Positions 36,456 to 48,957 of a stretch of DNA of 64,000 nt are shown here, piece after piece. The stretch covers positions 24,304,001-24,368,000 of the forward strand of contig OZ281497.1 of NCBI GenBank assembly GCA_965637545.1, given 5' to 3'. The translations under genes and the position numbers were made by a program. Source of the stretch: Phallusia mammillata. Lineage: Eukaryota. How positions within the stretch are numbered: the first letter of the stretch is position 1; each line of letters opens with the position of its first letter. A model generated the notes under the pieces. The model did no database searches, was not told where the DNA came from, and saw nothing but the letters and a program-made list of their open reading frames with translations.

Positions 36456-39400
36456 ATGCGTGCATTGGTAGCAGTCGACGGAAGTAATACTGCAGAAACA
36501 GCACTGGACTGTAAGTGTTAAATGTTTTTTTAATATAACTTATTTGTTAATGTACGAACTGTTGTGTAATAAATAAATTTCATAAGGTGACTTTTTTACA
36601 ATTAGCTAAATAAAACCACGGTTTTAATGTTTATGTTAAAGTGTGTTAGTTAAAAATATTGGCTACAAGTTTTCCTTAAGTTCCAGTTAACGTCAAGTTA
36701 ATCGCCTAAGCCCGATACAAAAAATGCATTTTCTGTGAAGGCCTGATAAGCAATTTACTGAGAACGCTGTGCTAACGCCTTTAGTAAGCCTGATCACCAC
36801 ATAAAGGAGTAAGTGTTGTAGGAGTGCATAAGTCTCATAATAGGTTTTTCTGAAAACCAAGTCAAATGCGTTTCTGGGTGTTGTGAGCTGTGGAAAGATT
36901 TGCGATCATTGTGCAAACATTGCAAAAACCACTGCGTCTCGCATGAGTAAATGAGCAAACATGCTTTATATGAATGGGCGTTCAAAATTTACTCTGATAA
37001 GTAGTTTCAATTAAAAAAAAATTCAAATCTGAACACATTAATTCCACCTAGTTAAAACAAAAAAGCGAATTGGTTTCTCATTTTAATGGTGTAAAACAAA
37101 TTTCAAGCAAATGTGATACAACCCAAATAGAAGATCATATCTTTAGCTGCTGTATGAGACATATAAAACGAGAACAGACCAACTGCAACTTGCCAAAGTT
37201 AGCCGAGGGTAATAATGAGTTGATTTTAATGTTTAAAAGTAATACAATTTGGTATCCATTATACCATACTTGTGTGCTCTAATGATTTTGAGCATATTAT
37301 ACACGTACTGTTTCACACAGGGTACTTGGAATGCTTGCACAAGCCCGAAAACGAACTGATCATTGCCCATGCAGGGGAACCCCCTTCCATACCGACTTTT
37401 AAACTCTTCGGTAAGTAACATTAGACTTTGTTGGCAGGTTTATGTGCCTAAATGTTGCATAAATTCCAAATGTTTAGCACCAAATATGAGCCAATAGGAA
37501 TTAAACCAAATTAAAGTATCAAACGGCAAGGGAATTAAATTTAGTTGAAGTCGAATTGCCTCATATTTCAGTGCCTAGCATTTCCACTTTGAAGTGGTTG
37601 TCCCGTGTATACGGGCTCTACCATGCAACGCCCTTTAACGTTATTGTCTGGCAACGAACGTAATTGCCTTCCTTGCTACTGCTGAGGTAAGTTCTCGAGT
37701 CAAGAAACTTAACCTTTACAAATCTGCCAGAATTGACCATTTGTTATATTTTACAATAGTTCGTGCTTTAATAACAAACGAACTAAAGATATATGTTGAA
37801 TTGTGAGATATACACTTTGTTTTCTGAACAGAAAATAGGTATTAGTTTAATTGTTACTGATGTAAAGTTACTATGCTTTATTGAAAAAAGGACAATCCCA
37901 AACCTAATGTAATTTTTCAATTACTTTCCATTGAACTGTGTTATGGGCTCTAAACTACAGTTAAGCAAAACTATTAACTTCAAATTGCAAGAAATTTACG
38001 TTTAGGCACGGTTACGTGGTGATTTCCATTTATAAAGCAAAACATAAGTATTCAACCTTTGGTGCACCTTAAACATGATAAAATATTTGCACTCAGCTGA
38101 GGGTGCAGCATTTCCAAGTGATGAGATTACCAAGATAATGGCGGAACAAAACAAGAAAATGGACAAAGTAAAGAATAAGTTTGCACTCAAGTGCGACCAA
38201 AAAAAGGCAAGCACTTACACTAAAAAAAGTTTACGATTATGTACTCCAGCAAGTAAAGTTTTTTTTTCCCAAAAAGGTTAACAAACAATTGTCATGGACC
38301 TAAACAGTAGCTTGATAAAAAAACAAAACTATCAGAGAGGTTTTAAAATTCTCCAAAATTGACAAAAGCCAATGTTGAGACGTCTTTAATACAATGTATT
38401 CAACACATACATGTATAATGCCAGTTTTTGACCCGATAGAAAAGGGTGCAACCACACTAGACCATTTTTTTAAAAACGTCAAAGACATATCCGCATTATG
38501 AATTTTTTGTATCCGTTCAATCGATTCTCATTAATATAAACGAGAACAGGGAATTGGTATTGAATCAAGCGTGGCAGTCATTCGGGATCAATGCCGGTCG
38601 CCTCTAATTATTACTCGCGTCATAGCACAGGCATTGTTACGTCACACCAAGGGAGTTGTTGCTTTGGAACCTTTCAGTTGTCTGGCATTGTATGTTCGTT
38701 TAATAATTCATTGCCTACAACATCTAAAATCGCTGATGAAACCCACAGAATATTAATTAGGTATCGGGGCTTAGTTCAAACGAGACGAAGAGCGCCGGCT
38801 TTATTCGGTGGCCAAAACAAACTTTATATCTTTTTCAAATGTATGCCAATCTTATCATGGATTTTTCAGCGCATATTAAGAAGAAAAAGTACAACGTTAC
38901 ATTGGAGTGGTCAAAAAAGTTTATTATAGATATAGATAAATATAGATTTAGAAACTATGTTTTTTTCACTTTTTGTAACATAATCGTTTATGTTCTGCGG
39001 TTCGTCGACCTTAACGGGGTCCATGGGGTTATTACAGGGCTTCACCCATGCTAGATATTAATTTAGCATTCCAGGTCTTTGAATTTTTTTCAGAAACACT
39101 GCACTTGCAAAGTATTTCCCCTTTTCTTTCTTATCCAAGCCTATTTTATTAAACTTTTGCACAACTAAAATCGTCTGTGGTAAATGTAAAGGGAATTAAT
39201 AAATTCAAAAAGGGGAACTGCAGCGACAAAAAACTGAAAAACAGCTTTAGCAAAACGAAATGGCCGGTTTTGCTTTATTTGCAAAGACTGTAAGATTACC
39301 CTAATACTTAAAGCCTAATATTTACCTAATATGTTGCACAGCAAAGTTCACTAAAATCAATCGACATGATTAATTTAAAAAGGAAACCCGTTGCCAGCAC

Positions 39401-39715
39401 TAAAACGCTGAAAAACGCATTAAGCTGAATGAGATGAGGTTAAAGACTGTAAGATTAACCTAATACGCTTTCGGTTGGTTGTAATATATTTACGTTTGTT
39501 GTTTTGAATTTTAGTTAAAATACAAGCTGGTGTTTATGATGTACGACGGGGAACCAGGCGAGAGCATCATACGAACCGCTGAAGCAGAAAAGTGTGACGC
39601 CATAGTGATGGGATCACGTGGTTTAGGAGCTATACGGCGCACCATCTTAGGATCTGTCAGCGATTACGTATTGCACCACTCCAAAATGCCAGTCTTGATT
39701 TGCCCAAAGAAATAA
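36456..39715 (+). CDS. Universal stress protein (UspA-like), 151 aa, 4 coding exons
   Basis: Exons 36456-36510 ([10 protein letters not shown]), 37321-37410, 38097-38206 (GC donor) and 39515-39715. C-terminal motif [33 protein letters not shown]. Confidence 0.92.
38850..39250. repeat. Dispersed repeat copy in USP intron 3; a diverged copy lies at ~51190-51400
   Basis: Collinear motifs gga(t/c)ttttcag, aaaagtacaacgtt(a/g)ca(t/c)tggagtg, atgtttttcacttt and aaaaacagcttta occur in both places. Confidence 0.7.
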
Positions 39716-41292
39716 AAAAAACGGCTGTGTCGAATTAGAGTAACTTCAGTTAACGACTGTCTCGTGTTATTTGTCCGAAAATGAACGTAAAATTTCGCAT
39801 GGTATTAATTTATCTTGTATTTGTCGGATTTAATGTTTTTTGATGTCGACTAGTGTACTATAGTTGCGAAAATTCGGTAAAACAACAAAATTTAATGCAA
39901 AAAGTGTTCACTATTTTGGAACACAATTTTATTTATCTCACCCATTACATTTTGGTTTTGTGTTTAACCTGTTCCAGTTTTTCATACATCATAATAAATG
40001 TAACATGAGTTTGGCAAATGATTTTTCTCGTTTTTTAGCAAATACGGCCGATTCTCCGAACAACGTGAACACTCAAAACCTGATACAATTACTGTGGTTT
40101 AAGGTGTGTAGGCCCTGACAGACATGCAAATACGCATAGTAACATCTAAGAAGAATATACATTCCTTACTAGGACCGGCCCTAAAAGTACACCAAGCCTT
40201 ATAAAGGCGTCATACCGAATCCAGCCAGTCTCAGGCCAGATATTCCTAGTGCGTGCCTTATGGAATGTTAGAAGGGGGGTGCTGGTTTCATTTAGTATAC
40301 TGCATTGAATAGGTCAGGTTTACTATGATTTATATAGCAGTGTGCCTTGATCGCTGGTATGCAAGGGCGTTCCATGGTTGATCTCACTAGGCCTGCCGTA
40401 CCATGGTGCATATTATTAGTATATAATTTTTTCAATTTAAGATTTACGCACGTAGCATAATTTGTTTTATGGAATGTGGATAGTTTTTCAAATTTGTATT
40501 ATGTATACTGTACTGGTTTGACGTAAAGTAATTGGCATACATAAAAGAATTTTGACATCTTTTTAATGAAAACAATTCAAGCACAAAATTCAGGAATGCA
40601 TTGAAGTACATCAACACAACAATAAGACACCAGTCGGCAATCATAACATAAGTCACAATGAAACGTCAAAAGTTTAATAATAATGAAAAAACAATCGTCA
40701 TCAAAACAATATACCGTCCCTTTGACGCCAGCTGACAAAACAACGACATAATCAATCAAAATCTTTAACAGATGGTGGAATTCCATGTAAGTATACCAGA
40801 ACAATTAAATGCCAAAATTATTCAGAAATTCAAAACAATAGACATATATTTCCAATTAGTTGAATTTACTGATACAGAATAACCACAAACCAATAACGTT
40901 TCAACACAAATGGCGGAATTCTATGCAGTTGACTTTACCAAAACAATTTAATGACAATATCAATCGAAACATAAACTAAACTTTAAGAATAATTCGAGGC
41001 ACTTAATTAAATTCAAGTCATACAGGTTGTCAGAAAATCCTGTTGTATGTTATGAATGTATTTGATGGCATTTGACAAATGCAGTTATTTAAACAGACCT
41101 GTACAAACCAGTAGGGAGCATCTGAGATATGGAGATTGCAGATTGATGAATCATTAGCAATGCCAAAAGAACGTATTTGTAGGAAAATTATTTTGGTGAA
41201 CTGGTAGTTGCGTTGAATAAAACTTTAAGAACAAAACTATTTTGCAAGTTCAATTAAAAATATTTTTATCACAGCTAACCATAACTAAGCAA

Positions 41293-42380
41293 ATGATGAA
41301 CTATTTTTTTCTTGCCATTTTTGTGGCTTCTTTTGTTGGCAAAGGTGAGGCTTGCTTCAGTCATTGTAATATTAATCTGCAATACTATAAAATATAAGTT
41401 TTCTGTGGCTGAATGTGTGTGGGATTAAAATATACATGGTATTCGTGCTTACTTGGACAGAGCAAACCAATCTTATTGTTGTTGCAGGGTTTGGAATCCA
41501 ATGTTTTTATTGCGATTATATTCCGAATGTGGCACACACTGCAGACTGTAAAGGACCAAATATCACAGATGATAATATAAAAGACTGTCCAGACGACACG
41601 ACTTGCAGTGTCCACAGAATAGGGTTTATGGGTGAATATATCTTATGGTTTTTGAGGCATAGTACCTAAAAATGCTCCAAATCGGCTAAATTAGGTTCCG
41701 GTCGAATCAACCGAGTCATTGTGACATCAGGTAAACAGTGGTAATACCCACCAGGATAGTTGTGTTTCATTACCTTTTTGTTCTGTGGGGTTTAAGGTTG
41801 CCTAGGCCAGCCTGCCTATAAATTATTTACTTATTGCCAGGAAAAAAAGGATTACGTTTGAAAAATTACTTAGTATTTTTTTGTTAAAACTCAAAGTAAA
41901 ACCTAGTACCATTCAAAGATCAAGTATTTTCTTGCTTTTCTGGAGTTTGCCGATAAAAAATTTAAGTAAAGATCTATACACCAAGTAGCTGCAACAGTAA
42001 CCGCCTTAAAGATATTCACATGACAAAAACCACGTCAACAGCAGTAGAAAAATAAATGCTTTTAACCTTTTAGAACAACTGAGATACCATCGTAATTGTA
42101 GTTCTGAAGGCGTTGGAGTTTTGGTACAAAGTTGCACAACAGGTGAGCATTAGTTTTGTTAACAACTTTTAATAACTGACAAGTTTTGTTCAACATTGTT
42201 TTAAACATTGGTATTTCTCTCTTAATTGTCTTATAGTTAGCACAACTTAATACATTGTCAGTGGACAAGTCCAGAGTGGTTGGGTAAAAGGGAAATTTTG
42301 CTTGAATGTAAACTGCTACCCTTACTTACGATGTTGTATATTTTTGTACTGTAGACCTCTGCAATACTGACAACAAATAG
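41293..42380 (+). CDS. Secreted Ly6/uPAR (three-finger) protein A1, 96 aa, 8 Cys, no GPI signal
   Basis: Exons 41293-41344, 41488-41631, 42074-42142, 42355-42380, all phase 1: MMNYFFLAIFVASFVGKGFGIQCFYCDYIPNVAHTADCKGPNITDDNIKDCPDDTTCSVHRIGFMEQLRYHRNCSSEGVGVLVQSCTTDLCNTDNK. C-x2-C start and CxxDLCN end are LU hallmarks. Confidence 0.9.
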
Positions 42381-42679
42381 ATGGGAATCAACAAAGGAAA
42401 ATTATATGGACCGTTGTGCACAATGAGTCCACCACAATAAACTGTTTTTCCCAGTGCTTTTGTATTATTGCTGATTTAACAGTCTCCAAGATAGATTACT
42501 TTTAAACAAACTAACAAAAACTGATTTTAATCGGTGAAAACAGGAAAAAAACAACGTTTTTTTAGTGACCCATGTTATATCTAACTAATCTTGTAGGTTA
42601 TTGCACCACCGACAATAAACTTAGTACAAGTAGCATAACTCAAAAAGCTACGGTCATATTCATTATCTTATACGACGTG

Positions 42680-43850
42680 GAGTTGAGTTGAGTTGAGTTT
42701 ATTTCGCTTGGCAAAAGAACACATAGCGACACAATCGCAGTAAAACAATCACCAAGGCGGAAATAGCTGCGAAGCGCGAAACAGTCAAGGAAACAATTGA
42801 TGGATCATGGCAAAACGCGGTGCAGCTACACCTTATTGCACAGCGTTATGTGACCAAGGCCCAGTTTGGCGCACAGTAAGTAAACACGACGAAGGACGAA
42901 ACGTTGGTTAAACCAGTCGAGGTACTTCTAACAAAACTAATCCCCGATAGATACATACTTGGAAGTAGATACATATCACGCTGCTTCAAGCTAAAAGTAA
43001 CTCATACAGGAGGAGATCAACTAAAAAACGAGCATGACTTTTCGTATTTCCTTTCATCTAATTTTCTAAGACAAGATGGGAAAATTTTCAGGGAAAATTT
43101 CACTTTCAGGGAAAATTAAATATTGTTAAACTGTAACCAAAATTGTGTCTTTGAAGCACTAATCATCTAATTTGTCAATTATCGACAGTTAAAGTTCTGA
43201 AAAAGTGCTCATTAGTCCCAGCACCCCACTTTTATTTCAGGTCTATCAAAAAGATTAGCCTAGTACCGCCTTGGTTTAAATGCGCTTAAACCCAGCACTT
43301 AAAGAGTTGTCAAAACGCCAGTAGCTCAACTTAATAGAACAATTAAACAGAACAATCCATAATTCGAAACAGAAGAACGATATCCATAAATGTTTAGCAA
43401 AACAATTTAAGGACACAATCACTCAGAGTTTCAACCAATCAGTAAAATGCGACAGAGTCAACTTAACAATTGATCGACAAAATTCAAATTCAATGAAACA
43501 CTAGCCAAAAATGTGTTTGCGTAAACAGTTTGAAGACATCAGAACAATAAAACGAAACAACCAATTTCCACAAAAAAGACAGAATTCAGGACAATTAGGC
43601 GACAAAATTATTTGAAATGCGAAACAGAATTAGGCAGGCTTCCAGACATGTAATTGAATTAAAAAGAATTCTTTGTGATCACATTGTGAAGTAAACAATT
43701 GCTTTAGCCTACTATGACATAGCAATAGAAAAATGGGGGTATTAAAGCAGGCCAATACATAACACTAATGTGCATTTCAGCTGGATAAGGCGCATTAAAA
43801 CAGTATAATAAAGAAAATTAAAATCGCCAGATTCATTAAAAAATTCTTTA
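42680..43850 (-). mobile_element. Possible decayed LINE 3' remnant (also ~57370-58500)
   Basis: Minus strand ends in aataaa followed by (ctcaa)n, resembling a non-LTR retrotransposon tail. No open RT frame recovered. Confidence 0.3.
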
Positions 43851-43909
43851 TTTTATTGTAAATATTGTTGTGTACTGTATAAATAACTTTCCTCTGTAGT
43901 ATACTGCAA

Positions 43910-44231
43910 CAGAGTTGTAAGCTGGACCGGGCTTTTCGGGATTGGGTTTCTTAAAAAAACGGGTTTGATTCGGGCCTGACTTTACACTCTGTGTTAGTAT
44001 TTATTTAAATACATTTGACTAGCTTGGTAGCTAGTTGCTGGACCTGATCTAATGCCAACCAAAGGTATATTGTGTCGGTTGTCTTGGTTATTTCTGAGGC
44101 TATATAATAAATACGCTTATAAATCAATCAAACTCTCGGGCCCAAACGTGCTTCCCAAAAACGATTTGGGTTCGGGCCGGGTTTCGAGCTTATACTTTTG
44201 GACTCCAGTTTTAGGCCCGTTTACAAACATG
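43910..44231. mobile_element. Degenerate hAT MITE of the 35236-35663 family
   Basis: cagagttgtaag left end; TSD tactgcaa / tattgcaa. Present at the same site in duplication copy 2, so it predates the duplication. Confidence 0.75.
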
Positions 44232-45837
44232 TATTGCAATAAAGTCTTTTGTGCACCTCACCTGATAAATTTATACTTATTCACTTTACAAAATTACACA
44301 AATTTAATTGTTGTTGCAGATTGCTGTGTTGTAGGTGTGGTTGTGCGTAAACCAGAAGCGTCTGTGGCGCCTATAATCCAATGCATATAAGGTGAGCCGT
44401 TGGTTTCTACAACTAACTTTCAATTACTGAGCAACTCTTTAACCACTACAGAAACTTTACGAAATTTAGAAGATCTTAATTATTGATTGATTCTATACGT
44501 TGCGATATACAGTTTATACAAATTGATACATTACAATAACAAGATAAAATGGATAATAGATGAGGTTTTAATTTGGTACAAAGGGTAATTTTGACAAGCC
44601 GTTTAGGTGAATATGACTAGCCTTTTTTTGCCTGATTTGGTTTTTATTGATTTTGAAACTTAATTTTCCTATTGTATTGCAGGCCTGTGCGATATCGGCA
44701 AGCAAGGGACAGAATATTCAAAACATCATCAAGATATTCTATGGAGTAGGGCTGAATAATTGATTCTTAAATACAATAAACAGACTTTCCAAAGCTCATG
44801 TGTTTTGCTCATTGTTTAGACTTTGAAAGCAGCTTACTTACAACAATTAAAAACAATAAAGATATTAAATGTACTTGAGATTTTTAATTACGAAATTACG
44901 GTTTGGGATGCAAATGGCAACAACGTCATTTTTTGCGAAGGACATCTTGTCTATGCCAAGTGAAGTAGGTAACACATACCACCTTGGAGTACGTTCAATG
45001 CAAGTTAGCACGATGCATAACGCATTTAGGCGTTGCCCGCCAACGAGGATAAATATATAACAAACAAACTTCCACCTTTTGGGATGAGAAAATTTGGGTA
45101 ACAAAAAGTTAGCTAGAAAGCCAGGGTATATATCGTTTTGAAATGTGTTTGACCACAATACAATAAAAGCGTTTAGAAAAAAGCACGAAATTGTACAACA
45201 CAAAAACTGTTCTAAAAAGAAGGTGAGGATTTTCACATTGTTTCTAAAACTTGTTCCAGTTTTTTCACCAATTTGAAGTGTTTCTATGGAACAACTGTAT
45301 TTAAGTATCAACGTTCATAGTGTTCTGTGTCGTTAATATTTATGTGCTTAGCTCAACCGAATCCCACTCTTATAGCACAATATGAAAACATAAACATCCA
45401 CTGTCCGAGTTTTATTTTGAAAACCTAGTCCTAGATAAATTGTCGGAATCTGTAGCAGTTTTCTTTATCACAACAATCCAACATAACAATAGATAGGAAT
45501 TCAAAACAAAAACAATTCTTTATAATTTCTGGGCATTTTTTCGCCACAGCAGTCCGGGTTAAACCTTTGTTGCATAGTTATATGGCCGGCAACAAATAAG
45601 ACCATATGCACAACAGCAGAACCATTCGAGATAGGTATAGGCGTGGAAAAGCCACGTTCGTTAATAGTGCTGTGTCTGACTTGATTTTATTAATTAGTTT
45701 TTGATGATTTAGGGTTTCAGCAAAAACTGTACTTATAGATAAAGATGTTCAATAAAAACGTTTTAGCGTATCAAATCTACATATATTCCCTTTCATAGCA
45801 GAAGATATTTGTAACAAACTTTACAAATAGCCAAACC

Positions 45838-47536
45838 ATGAATTTCCTCCTAGTTACAATGGTTGTAGCTGCTCTTTTTGGAAAAGGTAAATCTGACTTT
45901 TAAACGATTTGTGAAAATGGTTTAAAGCTTTAAGGTGTAGGCTACAAACGTATGTATAAACTGAGTTATTTGTATTTTTTCCACTGTATTGTTGTAATAC
46001 CAATTCTCAGTTGTGATTGGGCTTTAAATTGGGCCGAACCTGCATGGCTAGAATCAAAAGTGCGAGTCAACAACTCTCCCGGTGCTCATTGTTTGTCATA
46101 GTTAAGCCCTTAATGGCTTGAAATTTTAAAGTAATTTCGACTCGACATCAAGTCGTTTTTTTTCAAACTCAAGCTCGATGCGGAACCCAAAATATCGGCC
46201 CAACATACAACTATACTTCTGTTGTGTTAGATATACTGTTGTAATATTGTTGTACTTTTCTTGACCCGGGAGCTTATAAAACAATTAGGTAAGTTATGCA
46301 GTTGTATTGTTGCAGGATTTGCTATAGATTGTTACGTTTGTGAGTACACTCCGGCTCTACAACCACAGTCGACTTGCAGAGGCCCGAACGTGAGCGACAT
46401 CCACCGACAAACCTGTTCAGCAGATGTTGCGTCATGCAGCGTCCATGAAAACACTTTCCTCGGTAACTACGATATACGTTTGAAATAAAGTGCACAGAAT
46501 TGATCATAAAATTTATAAGAAATAGAATGGTCCAAATGTATGTAAAAAGCAACATACTTTACTGTTCAGACGTTTCGGCAAATGCTTATGTCATCATCAA
46601 TAATATATACCAGTGCAAAGCATAAGTCTGTTTATCTAATACTAGTTTTTTTAAAATTCGTATATTTTGTTCACCCGAACTCTAATCCAAACGTTTTCTT
46701 AAGCAGAAAATTAGAGCATTCCCAAACTTGCCTCATAAGAGTACCACGAGCAAAAACTAAGGCAAAAAGTGGTGACAAAATTTTAACATCAATTTATTGT
46801 AGGGTATCTCTAAACAACACGCTCCAGTATTTGTGGACACACCTTGTTTTATCTCCGTTCATTGCGAGACACCAAATTCGGTTGTATTGCGCATTCAACA
46901 GAACTACGCTAGTGTTGGCGCGTGGCGCTTAAAGATGTGCAACATTATTTTACCACCAGATTTATAGAGCTCGTCTGGCAAATGTATTTTTATTCCTATA
47001 TGCAGGTCGCCTTCATCAGGGATAATAACACTGATTGCGCGTAATGCCTAATATGTTATGCCTGGCAGCAACATCAACAGCTTACATATTATTTTTACCA
47101 GGATGGCTTTAATCTAAATGTTTCTAGAACATCCGAGAATTGTGCGTTGCTGTGGTGCTGGTCACGCAAATACGCGAATACAACACTGCACAGCAAGTAA
47201 GCGGTCCATTTGTTACTTTTATCAATTAAACAGTCATTTGCAAAACTTTACTAAGATAGAAGTACATTGCTGATTTAGTGCTTTGTTCAGTTACAAACGC
47301 TTTTGTATTATTATTATATTACAAAAGTCCTTATTTGGTAGTTATTTTTTTTTAGATTTAAATATTCGTGATAAAACTACAGAGAATATTCTTTAAAAAC
47401 TTAAACAAGCTAAAGCAATTTTGGGCCAAACTGTAAAATTTCTTTAAAAATTAAAAAAAAACTCGATTGTAAACTTGAGCAAAACATGCTTGTATTCTGT
47501 TTGTATATTACAGATCTATGCAATACTGCGAATTAA
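45838..47536 (+). CDS. Secreted Ly6/uPAR (three-finger) protein B1, 95 aa, 9 Cys
   Basis: Exons 45838-45886, 46316-46462, 47128-47196, 47514-47536: MNFLLVTMVVAALFGKGFAIDCYVCEYTPALQPQSTCRGPNVSDIHRQTCSADVASCSVHENTFLEHPRIVRCCGAGHANTRIQHCTANLCNTAN. Confidence 0.9.
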
Positions 47537-47705
47537 ATGTTCAAATCCCATGCAAGTAACGGAAAGGCAACCACAGACTGAATGGATTCATGTTGCAGAA
47601 CCTACTTCAACGCAATAAACGGATTTTTCCAGCACTGTTGTGTTTTTGTTAATTATATGAGACTAAAGTACAGCAAAGTTTCACATTGTACAATTAGCCT
47701 ATAGC

Positions 47706-48290
47706 TAGGGGTCGCCAACCCGCGGCTCCGGAGCGACTTTTTGATCCCTCCGATGCGGCTGAGTTTATGAAACCTGAAACTACCAAATGTTTACAACAAT
47801 TGATTTTGAATTCTGTGACAATTATGCCGGTCGCAAAAGTCAGAAATAAAAATGTTGCGCAACTGTACCTTACTGTGCCCGCTTCTAGTAGTTAGGTACA
47901 ACCGCTTCTATGCCAAGAATCGTGAAGTCTGAACGAGGCTAACTGCCATCGTGCAGCTTAACGCACAATCTGGGCTACAGTTTGTTTTAAATTGCAGTGT
48001 GTGTGCATGGGAAACAATGTTGTTCGATAACAGTTTTGTAACAATTTTAAACAAAAAAATAAAATACAGCGTGTGAAGAAAACGAAACATTTATTGCTAC
48101 ATGGGGAGATTCAATAGCTTTCACTGCTGACGAAACAGGTTTACCAATGTGCCTAATATGTAATAACAAATTAGCTTTCGGATTCCGTGTGACAAAATAG
48201 AGATTTTAAAGTGGCATTTTATTTAAAATTTAAATCGGTTTTGCGGCTCCCAGTGTTTTTTACAGTGCAAAACTGGACCGAAAGGTTTAG
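47706..48290. mobile_element. Truncated hAT MITE (also ~62811-63390)
   Basis: Left end taggggtcgccaacccgcggctccggagc, with tgcggctc again near the right end; right TIR lost. Confidence 0.55.
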
Positions 48291-48957
48291 GGTGCCCAAG
48301 TATAACTGCCCAAATAAGATGCCTATATATGTACTATTTTAGTCTGGATCATGAGCAATTGTTTTTATTTTCATTTAATAAGCAATTTTCTGCAAAAACA
48401 CACCTACACAACAGTTTTTACCAACACTTAGATCCTTTCTTGCAAAACAGGAATAAAGGCAACAATCACAAATGCACTAGCCAAGTTCATACTGATATCC
48501 TGGATTTATTGTCAGATGCATTACCATTATTGGTGGGCCTATTATCACAGATGGTGCATTAACAAGATAAAAAACAACCTGAAAGTTGTTTCAGTTTGAA
48601 ATGTGCAGCATATTACAGGCTATCTGTCAGAAATGATTACAAAATATACACAGTGCCAGTAGACAGTATACACAAAAAACATTTATTGTGATTCCAATTC
48701 CTTTATAGTGTATTCGTTGTAGAAAATGGCTTCATTGCAATCTTGTAGTGTGATGGAGCTTGGGGGTTTGTATTCGGTACATCATAACTAAACTTAGGCA
48801 TTGGTGAAAAAAATTCTTCTGCTTAGTATTGCTCAATTTGTTACAGCTAAACACCTTTAATTTTTTTACCTTGCCCAATTTATTGTTTTGTTGCCAAAAT
48901 TTGACGTCACAAAAAAAGCTGGAAAAGGTGTTTGCTTATTTGATATTCTTCCTTCAA

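Noticed and set aside
37572-37686. Cassette exon-like segment (tttcag...gag|gtaagt) in USP intron 2
   Set aside because: Stops in all three frames and no independent support; a poison exon cannot be shown without RNA data.
36456-39715. Bacterial contamination or recent HGT as the origin of the USP gene
   Set aside because: Three spliceosomal introns, host-like composition and host TEs inside the introns.
40577-40804. Cys-rich minus-strand ORF (CDLCYDCRLVSYCC), MYND-like, also at 52721-52939
   Set aside because: Lacks the later Cys/His ligands; the upstream frame shifts between the two copies; presence in both is explained by the recent duplication.
44865-45311. 148-aa minus-strand ORF
   Set aside because: AT-rich low-information translation; the frame is not preserved in the duplicated copy near 59460-59900.
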